Part shown: positions 8,476 through 18,118 of the stretch, piece after piece
How the letters are laid out: every line of letters begins with the position of its first letter
How positions within the stretch are numbered: the first letter of the stretch is position 1
From: a virus
Lineage: Duplodnaviria; Caudoviricetes
Virus record (IMG/VR): IMGVR_UViG_3300030037_000043
Span: 1-26,649 of that record
DNA: 26,649 nucleotides
Direction: 5' to 3' (one strand)
Notes under the pieces: model-generated
Database searches by the model: none
Seen by the model: only the letters and a program-made list of their open reading frames with translations
Told to the model about the DNA's origin: nothing
Position numbers and translations under genes: made by a program

Positions 8476-8949
8476 ATGACTAAACCTAAAGCACCTGAAG
8501 TAACCCTGACGCCCGAAACTATCATTGACGCGAGCACCACTGAGATTCATGCGTTCGCTGATTCGGAATGTGGCCTGTCGTTTGACGAAGGCACCTCCCG
8601 AGACTACATGCTCGAGCAGATATTCGAGTCCCTCGCGTGGCTGCGTAAAGACCCTACCGAAGACGCCACTCACGTTCTATTGAAGATCGGCTTCAGCCCT
8701 GAAGAGGGCGGTATGCGCGACGTTCGCCTGGGCCATAACGGTCGCATGATGACGCTACAGCGCGAGAAGGAAGTAGAGGTTCCCATCGGTTTCTACAACG
8801 TACTGATGGATATTAATACGCTTGGCTTTGAGATTCCGCCTCTTGCTAAAGATGGTCGCCTCGTCAGCGAGACACCGGCTGAGCAAAAGGTTCAGAAGAC
8901 TAAGTTCCCAGTAGTCGTTCTCCGTTTTATCAATAAAGGCACCGACTAA
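8476..8949 (+). CDS. hypothetical protein of the morphogenesis module
   Basis: 157 aa, GAGG RBS, TAATG coupling to the next gene. Confidence 0.8.
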   Translation: MTKPKAPEVTLTPETIIDASTTEIHAFADSECGLSFDEGTSRDYMLEQIFESLAWLRKDPTEDATHVLLKIGFSPEEGGMRDVRLGHNGRMMTLQREKEVEVPIGFYNVLMDINTLGFEIPPLAKDGRLVSETPAEQKVQKTKFPVVVLRFINKGTD

Positions 8950-9620
8950 TGAATTACCTTCAGCTCACTAATGATTACCTTATCGACACGGGCGCGGGCG
9001 ACCCTATTGGCTCTGTCGTAGGCCAGTCTGATGAGTACCTACAGGGCACCACTTGGATTGCAGATGCTTGGGTAGAACTCCAGCGTAATCGTAACTGGGG
9101 CTTCCGGTGGGCTGAAGGTACTTTCGACACCGTGCTCGGGCAGTCTGCCTACGCACTTGTAGACCTCTCCCGTGTGGCCGGTGATGACTTTGATATGAAG
9201 TCGTTTTACTACCCAGTTGACGGCGGCGGCTCTACCCCATTGACGCCTGTCGAACCCCACGTTCTCCGCGCCGCGCTCTCTGCTTCTGGAGCCACGCAAG
9301 GAACACCTCGTTACATCTCCCGCTACCCTGATGGTTCCCTCCGCCTCTACCCAACACCTGACAGTGTGGCGACCATTAAGTATGAATACTTCGGGGCTCC
9401 TATCGTCCTCGTCGCTGACCTGGACACGCCCACGTTAGACCCTAAATTCCATAAAGCAATCGTCTGGAAAGCCGTAGAGCAATACGCAAGGGAGCAAGGG
9501 AAGGAGTGGTCGGCACTCTATCAGGCCGCTATCCGCAACTTCAATGCCATCTACAGCCAGATGCTTAATCAAGAGACAGGCCGCGTTTACAGAGCGCCAT
9601 CTCCTTTCACGCACAGGTAA
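8949..9620 (+). CDS. head-tail adaptor / tail tubular protein A-like
   Basis: 223 aa with MNYLQL start, W.F..., G.P..., LRLYPTPD and FH.AIVW.A patterns of podovirus adaptor proteins; synteny. Confidence 0.7.
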   Translation: MNYLQLTNDYLIDTGAGDPIGSVVGQSDEYLQGTTWIADAWVELQRNRNWGFRWAEGTFDTVLGQSAYALVDLSRVAGDDFDMKSFYYPVDGGGSTPLTPVEPHVLRAALSASGATQGTPRYISRYPDGSLRLYPTPDSVATIKYEYFGAPIVLVADLDTPTLDPKFHKAIVWKAVEQYAREQGKEWSALYQAAIRNFNAIYSQMLNQETGRVYRAPSPFTHR

Positions 9621-9623
9621 CTT

Positions 9624-11690
9624 ATGACTGATAAATTCGTCGCTCTAAAAGGGGGACTAGACCTCGTTACGCCTCCCTTATTAGCAGCACCCAGCGCGGC
9701 TAGTGAGGCATTGAATTACTTTGAAGCAGTGAAGGGGGGCTACACGCGACTGGCGGGCTACGAACGCTTTGATGGCCAGCTCCCACCGCACGAAGCGGTT
9801 TACTATTTAATTACGATTAACGACTGGGACTTACGGGTCACGCCCACGCCGCTTACTGTTGGCGGAAGCCTTGTCGTTGATACTGCGACCTTCACCGTCC
9901 TATATCTCAATGAGTCTGAAGACGGCACCACGCTGGAGGTCGTCGGCGGGGAAGTTGCCGGTGCTGTACCGGAAGACCTCGAAGACAACCCGCTGACTTT
10001 CGACACGAACTGCTCGATCACTTCGGCCGTCCATCGCGGCGCTGAAGATGAAGAGGTCGATACAGAATACTTGAATTACGCAAGGGACGTTCGCCGCGAC
10101 TTAATCGGTGTTGTCCCCGGCACGGGTGCCATTCGTGGTGTCGCTCAGATTGACGGTAACGCTATTGCATGGCGCGACGACGGCACAGGTAAACTCCTTG
10201 CCTACAAGGCGTCGGCTACTGGCTGGCAGCTCGTTGATTACGCACAATTAGTCGTCTGCGCAAACACGAACGAGCCAATCAGAGGCGATGTCTGCAACAC
10301 GGCTACTCACACGATTCTAAGTGCCTTTGAATACCTTGATGATGCCGGGAATCCCGACGCCACAAAGCAGGTATTAGCTGTTCATAACACCAGTGGTACA
10401 GCGCTGACTACATCGGACACTTTGATCCGTGATTCTGACTCAGTGACCATTGGCGCTGTCGAAGCACTTATTACCTATCAGTTTAACCCTGGTGGCCATG
10501 TGCGACCTCTCCTGCACAACTTCTATGCGAGTGCCGCTACCCGGCATCTCTACTGCGCTGATGGTGTAAGTTCCGCTGCTGTTTATAAATCATCGTACAA
10601 CTGCCTCCAACCTATCGCCTCCAATTACCGGAAGATGGAGGAGGTCTGTTCGCACCTTATCGCGCATAACAGCCGCTTATGGATGGCGACTAACTATGGC
10701 ACCACGTTGACCTCTGTTGCAGACGAACCCGAAGTGATCGACGGCTTCCTGGGCTCTGCTGAGTGGGGCGTAGGTGATCGGGTTACAGGCTTCTCGCATA
10801 CCGGCGCAGATATGTTGCACACCTTCACAGAAAACACAGTGCAGGCTGTCCGTGGCACCAGTAGCGCAGACTGGACGCAGTACATGGTGTCAGACACCGC
10901 AGGCGCAAGGCCGGACTCTATCGTAACGCTCGATGATGTATTCGCTGTCGCTAAACGTGGCATTACTTCACTGAAGCGAACTAACACGCTCGGTGGCTTC
11001 GCTGCGGCGACCATCACTGATGACATTCAGCCTTTAATCCGTGAACTACTTGAAACTGAGTGTACGGCGAGTGTCACCATCAAAGGGCTGAACCAGATGC
11101 GCTTCTACTTTGGCGACCGTTTCTTGATGCTCTCCAGAGTCCCGTACAACGCTAATGGCAACGAAGGGATTCGCTACGGTATCACTGAAGGCTTATACCC
11201 CGTTGATGTGTCGTGCGCTGCTTCTGGCGAAGATGCTGACGGTAACGAGCGGCTTCTATTCGGTGGCGACGACGGCTACGTCTACCACTCTGATGTAGGT
11301 ACGTCGTTTGATGGTGGCGCTATCGAGTCCACGTTGACGCTGCATAACAACCACCTGGGCGCTCCTGGTATGCGAAAGCGTTTCAGAGACTTGCTCCTCG
11401 AAGGCTTCGCGGCCTCGTTGGTGAACCTACGACTCTACTACTCTGAGAATGATGGTCGTAAAACCTTTAGCCCTAAAGAGCTGACCCTGGAAGGCGGCGC
11501 TACTGGCTGGGATGAAGGCCAGTTCGATCACGCGATTTACGATGCGTACCCTTTGTCGCGCCCAAGTACGCGGCTGGTAGGTACGGGCCATAACATTGAG
11601 TTCTCTTTCTACCATTCAGACGCAAACAGCCCGTCATTCACGCTGACAGGTTACACCTTGCGTTATTCTAATCGAGGTTTAACACGATAA
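9624..11690 (+). CDS. tail tubular protein B / nozzle (P22 gp10-like)
   Basis: 688 aa beta-rich protein with N-terminal GGLDL and C-terminal D.G.SFDGG.I...KRF; synteny after the adaptor. Confidence 0.7.
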   Translation: MTDKFVALKGGLDLVTPPLLAAPSAASEALNYFEAVKGGYTRLAGYERFDGQLPPHEAVYYLITINDWDLRVTPTPLTVGGSLVVDTATFTVLYLNESEDGTTLEVVGGEVAGAVPEDLEDNPLTFDTNCSITSAVHRGAEDEEVDTEYLNYARDVRRDLIGVVPGTGAIRGVAQIDGNAIAWRDDGTGKLLAYKASATGWQLVDYAQLVVCANTNEPIRGDVCNTATHTILSAFEYLDDAGNPDATKQVLAVHNTSGTALTTSDTLIRDSDSVTIGAVEALITYQFNPGGHVRPLLHNFYASAATRHLYCADGVSSAAVYKSSYNCLQPIASNYRKMEEVCSHLIAHNSRLWMATNYGTTLTSVADEPEVIDGFLGSAEWGVGDRVTGFSHTGADMLHTFTENTVQAVRGTSSADWTQYMVSDTAGARPDSIVTLDDVFAVAKRGITSLKRTNTLGGFAAATITDDIQPLIRELLETECTASVTIKGLNQMRFYFGDRFLMLSRVPYNANGNEGIRYGITEGLYPVDVSCAASGEDADGNERLLFGGDDGYVYHSDVGTSFDGGAIESTLTLHNNHLGAPGMRKRFRDLLLEGFAASLVNLRLYYSENDGRKTFSPKELTLEGGATGWDEGQFDHAIYDAYPLSRPSTRLVGTGHNIEFSFYHSDANSPSFTLTGYTLRYSNRGLTR

Positions 11691-12568
11691 TGGCAGACAT
11701 TTTTAGCGTATTCAAAAGAGTGCGCCCCCGGAAGACGATTAAGTCAGACGACTTCAACGGGCTACAGGATTCCCTGAAAGCCTCCTTCGATTCACTCGGA
11801 GCGCCTTTAACAGCCGGAGCCCCAGCAGGGCATCTAGGCGTTTCTACACCCTTCCACGTCGGCACTGCTGTTGACGACGATCACGCGGCCACTAAGGCGT
11901 ATGTCGTAGAAGTAACGGCTGACGCTGTACAGGTAGGGCTGGACGCAACTGATACCGCAGCAGATCGTGTGCAGACAGGGCTTGATGCTACAGCGACGGC
12001 TGCCGATAGGGCACAGACAACTTCAGATGCTACAGCGACGGCTGCTGATAGGACGCAAACAACCGCAGATGCTACAGCGACGGCTGCTGATAGGACGCAA
12101 ACAACCGCAGATGCCACAAGTGCCGCAGCCAGTGCTCAGTCTGCACAGGACGTAGTGGCGGGTAACGTCTTTGATGACGGCCAGGCCAGTGCAGTACTCG
12201 GCTGGACAGGCGCGAAGGTCGAAAGTGAACTCACCACTAAGCTTGATAAGGCAGGCGGCACCCTTACCGATTACCGCGAGACCACCGACACCACAGCCAC
12301 GGCAGCCAGTCTTGATGTCGCCACGGGTAATGTCCATGTACGCACGCTCACCGGCAGCACGACCTTTACCCTCGATAATATCCCGGCCACAGGTAGTACT
12401 AAACTTGAATTGCTACTCACCGCCGCAGGTAACACCGTAATCTGGCCAGCGGGTGTCGTTTGGGAGAGTGGTAGTGAACCCACGCTAGGTACTATCGACC
12501 GAATTATCTTCAGCAAGTATGCTGGCGTGGCCACGGTATATGTCGCGCATTCATCGGTGGTTTCCTAA
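11690..12568 (+). CDS. tail fibre proximal/adaptor protein with 14-aa repeats
   Basis: HAATKAYV tail-fibre motif, DATATAADRxQTT repeats, and a C-terminal TVIWPAGVVWESGSEPT domain common in tail fibres. Confidence 0.75.
   Translation: MADIFSVFKRVRPRKTIKSDDFNGLQDSLKASFDSLGAPLTAGAPAGHLGVSTPFHVGTAVDDDHAATKAYVVEVTADAVQVGLDATDTAADRVQTGLDATATAADRAQTTSDATATAADRTQTTADATATAADRTQTTADATSAAASAQSAQDVVAGNVFDDGQASAVLGWTGAKVESELTTKLDKAGGTLTDYRETTDTTATAASLDVATGNVHVRTLTGSTTFTLDNIPATGSTKLELLLTAAGNTVIWPAGVVWESGSEPTLGTIDRIIFSKYAGVATVYVAHSSVVS
11942..12115 (+). repeat. 42-bp in-frame tandem repeat (about 4 copies)
   Basis: Units start at 11942 (degenerate), 11984, 12026 and 12068; the last two are identical. Confidence 0.9.
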
Positions 12569-14490
12569 TGCACGAGCGTAAAGCATTAGCCGTAGCGGGC
12601 GGAAAAAGCCTTCTGGTTGAGGAAGTGTTCTCGCCGTATTTGTACGAAGGCAATAGCTCTGCCCAGACGATTACAAACGGCATTGATCTCGCTGGTGAGG
12701 GTGGGCTGGTTTGGATTAAAGTCCGAACTGGAGCGTTCAACAACTACTTGTTTGATACCGAGCGGGGGGCTGAGAATCGCATCGTCTCTAACGACACTTC
12801 GAGTGAAGTGAATGTGCCGACGTCCTTGACTGCTTTTAATAGCGATGGCTTTGATCTATCTTCGCACGCGGGCTTTAACGGTGCTTACGATTACGCAAGC
12901 TGGACATTCCGCAAAGCCCCGCGATTCTTCGACGTAGTAACCTATACCGGCGATGGTGTTGCAGGGCGTGAGATAGCGCATAGCCTTGGTGTTACGCCGG
13001 GGATGATGATTGTTAAGTGTACCAGTGCTGGAACAGTGTACCCGTGGAGGGTATATCATAAATCTACGACAGGGACTAGCTACGGGCAATTAAACGAAAC
13101 GAGCGCCTTTGTCGCAGCATCCTCTGTCTGGAACGACATTAACGCTACTACCACTGAGTTTACAGTTGGTGCCAATACTTATGTAAATGAAGATACAAAG
13201 TCATACGTAGCCTACATCTTCGCCCACGACCCGCTAGGCCCATCCGGTGATGGCAGAGATGGGATGATTGCTTGTGGGAGTTATACGGGTAATGGCTTGG
13301 CTGATGGGCCGGAGATAGACTTGGGCTGGGAGCCGCAGTACATTCTTTTAAAGAACACTACCGGGACAACATCGTGGTTCGTGTTTGATGTGATGCGAGG
13401 TCTAGTTGTGGGAGGGAGCGACAGGTATACACAGCCTGATAACCCATCCGCCGATTCGAGTATTACTGCTATCGACATAACCCCGACAGGGTTTTCAATA
13501 ACGTCTGCTGCCTCCTCTTTCAACACCTCCGCTGCCGAATACATCTACATGGCAATCCGCCGCCCAATGGGTGTGCCAGAGAGTGCTAGTGAGGTGTTTG
13601 CGATTGATGAACAAAACGGGACAATAAAGCCAGCATTTAAAGCGGGGTTTCCTATAGATATGGCGCTGAGTAGAAACGTATCCTCTGCTGTTAACCCTAT
13701 AAACGCGTCTGCTCGCTTGGCTCAAGGTGGATTTCTACAGACAACAGACACAGGTATAGAATCTTCAAATGGCGCGTATGTGTTTGATTACATGAATGGG
13801 CATTTTGACTCTGCCGCCGTTAGTACTGATTATTATTCTTGGATGTGGAAACGCGCCCCCGGCTTCTTCGATGTAGTGGCTTACACTGGTACAAGCGTAA
13901 CTACATCATACGACCACAACTTGTGTGTAGCTCCTGAAATGATGTGGGTTAAGGGTAGAACTTACACAGCAGGAACCAATAACTGGGTTGTGTACCACAA
14001 AGACTTAACTAACACAGAGTCGCTATATCTAAACACTGATGCCGCGAAATCTTCCGCTACCGGCTACTGGAACAGCACAACACCTACGGATACACAATTC
14101 TCATTAATCTACACTAACGAGACAAACAGGTTTGGTGAAGATTACGTCGCCTACCTATTCGCCACACTACCCGGCATCTCAAAAGTCGGCTCATTCACCG
14201 GCAACGGTACCGCGCAAACGATTGATTGCGGCTTCACTGCTGGTGCTCGATTCGTGATGATTAAATCAGTAACCGACACTGGCAACTGGTTATTCTGGGA
14301 TAGCACGCGGGGCATTGTCGCAGGTGACGACCCCCATTTAGCCCTTAACGCAACAGCCGCAGAAATCACTACCAACGATTCAATCAACCCTGATACCTCA
14401 GGCTTCGTTGTCAACCTTGATGGCGGTGCAGCGACACTCGATCAAATCAATATCAACCTTAAAGAATATATCTATTACGCGGTGGCCTAA
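12568..14490 (+). CDS. tail fibre / receptor-binding protein with internally duplicated beta domains
   Basis: 640 aa with duplicated blocks (RKAPRFFDVVTYTG / KRAPGFFDVVAYTG; GSYTGNG..IDLGW / GSFTGNG..IDCGF); TAATG-coupled to the preceding gene. Confidence 0.75.
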   Translation: MHERKALAVAGGKSLLVEEVFSPYLYEGNSSAQTITNGIDLAGEGGLVWIKVRTGAFNNYLFDTERGAENRIVSNDTSSEVNVPTSLTAFNSDGFDLSSHAGFNGAYDYASWTFRKAPRFFDVVTYTGDGVAGREIAHSLGVTPGMMIVKCTSAGTVYPWRVYHKSTTGTSYGQLNETSAFVAASSVWNDINATTTEFTVGANTYVNEDTKSYVAYIFAHDPLGPSGDGRDGMIACGSYTGNGLADGPEIDLGWEPQYILLKNTTGTTSWFVFDVMRGLVVGGSDRYTQPDNPSADSSITAIDITPTGFSITSAASSFNTSAAEYIYMAIRRPMGVPESASEVFAIDEQNGTIKPAFKAGFPIDMALSRNVSSAVNPINASARLAQGGFLQTTDTGIESSNGAYVFDYMNGHFDSAAVSTDYYSWMWKRAPGFFDVVAYTGTSVTTSYDHNLCVAPEMMWVKGRTYTAGTNNWVVYHKDLTNTESLYLNTDAAKSSATGYWNSTTPTDTQFSLIYTNETNRFGEDYVAYLFATLPGISKVGSFTGNGTAQTIDCGFTAGARFVMIKSVTDTGNWLFWDSTRGIVAGDDPHLALNATAAEITTNDSINPDTSGFVVNLDGGAATLDQININLKEYIYYAVA

Positions 14491-15104
14491 TGAACAAACT
14501 AATCAAGCTTGACGACCTGGAGTACCCCGTAACTATCACGGAGTTTAAAGCCCGGCACAAAGCCTCCTTTCCCTCGCAGATTCCTTTTGAAGACTTTGGC
14601 TACGCGGTAGTGTTCGCCGCGCCTAAGCCTGCCACTACGCCCCTACAAAGAGCAATCGAAGGCCCGCCAGTTCTAACCGAGCTGGGGACTTACGCGCAGA
14701 CATACACCGTCGTCGATATTACTACCGGCATGAGTCAGGACGAGCTTGACGCGCTCGCCGCTCAACTAAAAGACCAGAAGATAAGAGCGCTCGCGCCTTT
14801 GTCTGCTGAGAAGTCTACCGGCACTCTAACTATCGGAAGCCTTGAGTTTAGAACCAATGACAAAGTTCTGGCTGAAATTACCGCCGCCATATCATTGATG
14901 GGTAGAAACCCGGCGGAGTCCATCGACTTTAAAGGTGTCGGTGGGTGGGGAGTGGCCACCAAAGCGGTGCTTGAGGCGATGCAGGACGCCACCTGGGGCC
15001 AACGGAAAGCGGCCAGCGCTACCCAGCGAAGGCACGAAGAGGCACTTCACAGCCTCGTAACGCCGCAAGAGATTGTTGACTACGACACTACAACTGGTTG
15101 GTAA
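14490..15104 (+). CDS. tail fibre-associated protein (DUF4376-like)
   Basis: 204 aa directly after the fibre gene; ends in the typical EIVDYD...GW C-terminus. Confidence 0.6.
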   Translation: MNKLIKLDDLEYPVTITEFKARHKASFPSQIPFEDFGYAVVFAAPKPATTPLQRAIEGPPVLTELGTYAQTYTVVDITTGMSQDELDALAAQLKDQKIRALAPLSAEKSTGTLTIGSLEFRTNDKVLAEITAAISLMGRNPAESIDFKGVGGWGVATKAVLEAMQDATWGQRKAASATQRRHEEALHSLVTPQEIVDYDTTTGW

Positions 15105-15170
15105 CGGAGGAATGAATAATGATGTGGATTAATAGCGGCTATGTCGTTGCCTACAGAGGGACGTCGTAGC

Positions 15171-15353
15171 ATGACAGTAGAAATCACTGAGGCGCTAAGT
15201 CAGTCCCTCCCGGTAGGCGTCGCGGGTGCTCTCGTTTGTGGCGTTCCTGTCGCGGATTGGCTCGTTATGGGCTCCTGCGTTGTGCTGTTTGGCAACCTCT
15301 GTTTCATGGGCTTACGCATTTATGATCGTGTGGGCCGTACAAGTAAGGACTAA
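15171..15353 (+). CDS. holin (T7 gp17.5-like)
   Basis: 60 aa from ATG 15171 (AGAGGG upstream); pattern P.GVAG....GV.VADW, hydrophobic segment, basic C-terminus. Confidence 0.65.
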   Translation: MTVEITEALSQSLPVGVAGALVCGVPVADWLVMGSCVVLFGNLCFMGLRIYDRVGRTSKD

Positions 15354-15355
15354 AT

Positions 15356-16384
15356 ATGGCAATTCAAACAGCGAGTGGCACCGGGAACTCTTTCGATGAC
15401 TCACTCGCTAACGTACAGCTAAACGAGGCCACCGATACGGTCTACGGCCAGCTACAGAAGCACACTGACTTTAAGTCACCTGTAATGAAGCTGGTCGCCC
15501 AGGAGTCACTGGATAAGTCATCAGGGCGGGGCCTGGGTAACACTACCATCGCCGGACGATCTGCCATTGCGGGAGTCGTCGCTAAAGCGGGTGAGTTCGC
15601 CACTAAGGATGCTGAGTTGTACTCCGGTAGACGCACCGAGAATCAGCGGGCGAACACGCACCTCACCGCGACTGCAATGTCTAACCAGAACACGCATAAG
15701 GTAGGCGCAGAGCGGAATGAAGCGGGCCTGGAGCAGCAGCGTATCTCTAACGCAGGTCAACTTGCAGCCACGAAGATGCAGACGGAATCCGCAGAACGTG
15801 TAGCTGCTAAGAATGTCGCCGCAGAGAGCGCCCGCCAGTCTAAGGCACTTGCCTCGCAGCAGCTTATCGCAGCACAGGGTAATACCTCCCGGCAGACAAT
15901 CGCATCGCGTAACAACGCAACGACTACAGCAGCTAATCAGCTCGATAATAAGACACGCCTTGATGTCGCGCAGACTCAGCAGGACACAGAGGTTCTACGG
16001 CAGAACAATCAGGCGACTCAATCAGCGTGGGATAGCTTTCAGAACGGTGTCGCGCAGATTGATCCTAACGCGCACTCCGCCTCACAGAAGACGCAGTACT
16101 CCCGATTGAAAGAGAACTTCCAGGCGCGTATGGACTTCAATAACGGACTATTTGCGCCGAATGCTAGCCCTACCAACACCTCCGATATTCGGGTAGCTCC
16201 TACGCGTACTGCGGCCAGAGGGAGCACACCAAGTTCCTCACAGACTCCAACGCAGGGTTACGTCTTGCCCTCACTTAAGTCCACGGCTCCTACATTGACA
16301 AAGGCTCAAGCAGCCGCACTCGCTAACCTTACTGCTATCAGTGGACGGCGTGGAGGTCGGCTAATGGCCACCAACTTTAGGTAA
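15356..16384 (+). CDS. internal virion / DNA ejection protein (putative)
   Basis: 342 aa, A/Q/N/T-rich and predicted helical; lies in the internal-virion block. Confidence 0.6.
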   Translation: MAIQTASGTGNSFDDSLANVQLNEATDTVYGQLQKHTDFKSPVMKLVAQESLDKSSGRGLGNTTIAGRSAIAGVVAKAGEFATKDAELYSGRRTENQRANTHLTATAMSNQNTHKVGAERNEAGLEQQRISNAGQLAATKMQTESAERVAAKNVAAESARQSKALASQQLIAAQGNTSRQTIASRNNATTTAANQLDNKTRLDVAQTQQDTEVLRQNNQATQSAWDSFQNGVAQIDPNAHSASQKTQYSRLKENFQARMDFNNGLFAPNASPTNTSDIRVAPTRTAARGSTPSSSQTPTQGYVLPSLKSTAPTLTKAQAAALANLTAISGRRGGRLMATNFR

Positions 16385-16387
16385 TGT

Positions 16388-16861
16388 ATGCCCTATCAAT
16401 TAATCGTCGCTCGCCCAAGCCACTTGGATGAGTTGTTAAAGCTATCAATGAAAGCCCTCCGCGAAGGCAACGAGAAATCCCTCCCTCTCAATAAATACAA
16501 AGTGAAGACTGTCGTTTACGACTGCCTTATGGACGCCCACCAGTTAGCCGTCGTCGCTATGGTTAACGGGCGTATCAAAGGGATGGCTTTAGGTTCGGTG
16601 ACGGCTCATGCCTACGCCGACGGTCTGGTCGCGGAGGACATTGCTATCTACGTCGCCCCATCGTTACGCGGGTCGTCCTGCTACAAGGACTTGGTGGAGG
16701 CTTACGATAAGTGGTGTGGGCGCATTCCTAATCTACTTGGAGCGACATTAAGTCTCTCGCAGTTAAACGCAACGACTCAAGTTATGGATAAGTTATACAC
16801 CGACCTAGGCTATAAGCGGAGCGGGATTGACTACCTGAAATTAAGGGGAACGGATGAGTAA
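16388..16861 (+). CDS. GNAT-family acetyltransferase-like protein
   Basis: 157 aa with IYVAPSLRG and LY..LGY GNAT motifs; a usual position among podovirus internal virion genes. Confidence 0.75.
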   Translation: MPYQLIVARPSHLDELLKLSMKALREGNEKSLPLNKYKVKTVVYDCLMDAHQLAVVAMVNGRIKGMALGSVTAHAYADGLVAEDIAIYVAPSLRGSSCYKDLVEAYDKWCGRIPNLLGATLSLSQLNATTQVMDKLYTDLGYKRSGIDYLKLRGTDE

Positions 16862-17540
16862 AGCACTCAAGAAAATCGTCAAGAAAGTTAAGAAGGTCTT
16901 TAAGAAGATCGTTAAGGTCGTCAAGAAGATTGTTAAGTCGAAGATATTTAAGATCATCGTTATGGCCGTCGCTATCTACTTCACAGCGGGGGCGGCGATG
17001 GGCGCTATGGGTGCCGCAGGAGCGGGGGCGACGGGTGCAGCCGCAGGTACAGCAGCAGCCACGGGTACAGCAGCCGCCACGGGTACAGCCGCAGCAGTAG
17101 GTGGTGCAGCCGGTGTAGGAGCCGCCGCGGGTGGTGGTGCTATGGCTACTATAGGCAGTGCAGCCTCTACCGCCGCAACTTGGGCGGGTAAGCACCAACT
17201 CCTCACCTCTATGGCCCTATCAAGCGGCGGTTCCCTCCTCGCAGGGCAGGCTGAAGCTAAAGAGGCGAAGGAGGCGGAGAAGAAGCGCGATAAGGAACTC
17301 GCCCGCAACAATAACACCTACCTGGATGTTTACAACGACACTAAAGCTATCGCTACTGGCTCCTATCAAGGCGAAGGGGAGCAAAACGTCGATCAGGACG
17401 CAGACGGGCAGTCAGTCTATCAGGCCCCCAGCGGTGCTATGCAGCAAGTGGCCGCACGCCCTACGAACGTCGAAGCGCAGCAGCCTAAGTTCTTCAATTC
17501 ATCAAATAACAAGTGGCAGAAAGTAAAGGGGTTCGGATGA
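16854..17540 (+). CDS. DNA ejection / pilot protein with cationic amphipathic N-terminus
   Basis: K/V/I-rich N-terminal helix, hydrophobic segment and Gly/Ala-rich region (TGTAAA repeats), as in P22 gp7-like ejection proteins. Confidence 0.65.
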   Translation: MSKALKKIVKKVKKVFKKIVKVVKKIVKSKIFKIIVMAVAIYFTAGAAMGAMGAAGAGATGAAAGTAAATGTAAATGTAAAVGGAAGVGAAAGGGAMATIGSAASTAATWAGKHQLLTSMALSSGGSLLAGQAEAKEAKEAEKKRDKELARNNNTYLDVYNDTKAIATGSYQGEGEQNVDQDADGQSVYQAPSGAMQQVAARPTNVEAQQPKFFNSSNNKWQKVKGFG

Positions 17541-18109
17541 GTCTATTAGAACAGATCAGTCAACGACAGGCGGGTAATACACAGCAGGCCGCAGAGGCCG
17601 AACAGGCCCAAGTTGCCGAATCACAGAAGCCCGATGCAGGCGCGCAGGCCACTCAACGGCGTGCTGAACTCTCGCAGTCAATGGCTTCGGGGCCAGAAGA
17701 AGAGATCGGGGACGAAGCGGCTACACCGGAGGAGCAGGAGTTGTTCACGCAGTTGGAGCTGGAGGTCGTCGAAGCATTAAACGGCCCTAAAGCTGACGCG
17801 ATGTTCACGGCGATTGACTCCGCTCAAGACCCGGTAGAAGGCATTGGTCTCGTGACCTCTGATGTCGTCACCGGCTTACGCCAGAAGTACCCCGATACGG
17901 ACGATGAGATTCTATTAGCGATTGGTGAGACTACAGTCGAGCAGGTCGTCGATGCCTACGAGGCGATGAATCCCAGCGTATCGCTCAACGAAGATCAGAT
18001 GGCGGAAGCCTTCTCAATCGGCTTGCAGGACTTCATGCAATCTAACGGTGACATGGTGGACGATGATATGCAGTCGTATCTAGCAGGGCCACCACCTGCA
18101 CAACTTTAA
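17537..18109 (+). CDS. acidic hypothetical protein of the virion module
   Basis: Start reassigned to ATG 17537 (ATGA overlap with the preceding gene; AAAGGGG upstream). Confidence 0.75.
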   Translation: MSLLEQISQRQAGNTQQAAEAEQAQVAESQKPDAGAQATQRRAELSQSMASGPEEEIGDEAATPEEQELFTQLELEVVEALNGPKADAMFTAIDSAQDPVEGIGLVTSDVVTGLRQKYPDTDDEILLAIGETTVEQVVDAYEAMNPSVSLNEDQMAEAFSIGLQDFMQSNGDMVDDDMQSYLAGPPPAQL

Positions 18110-18118
18110 GGAGGCTTA

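Noticed and set aside
11942-12115. Repeat array as CRISPR or a DGR template/variable repeat
   Set aside because: Contiguous in-frame coding repeats; no spacers, no adenine-specific mismatch pattern and no reverse transcriptase.
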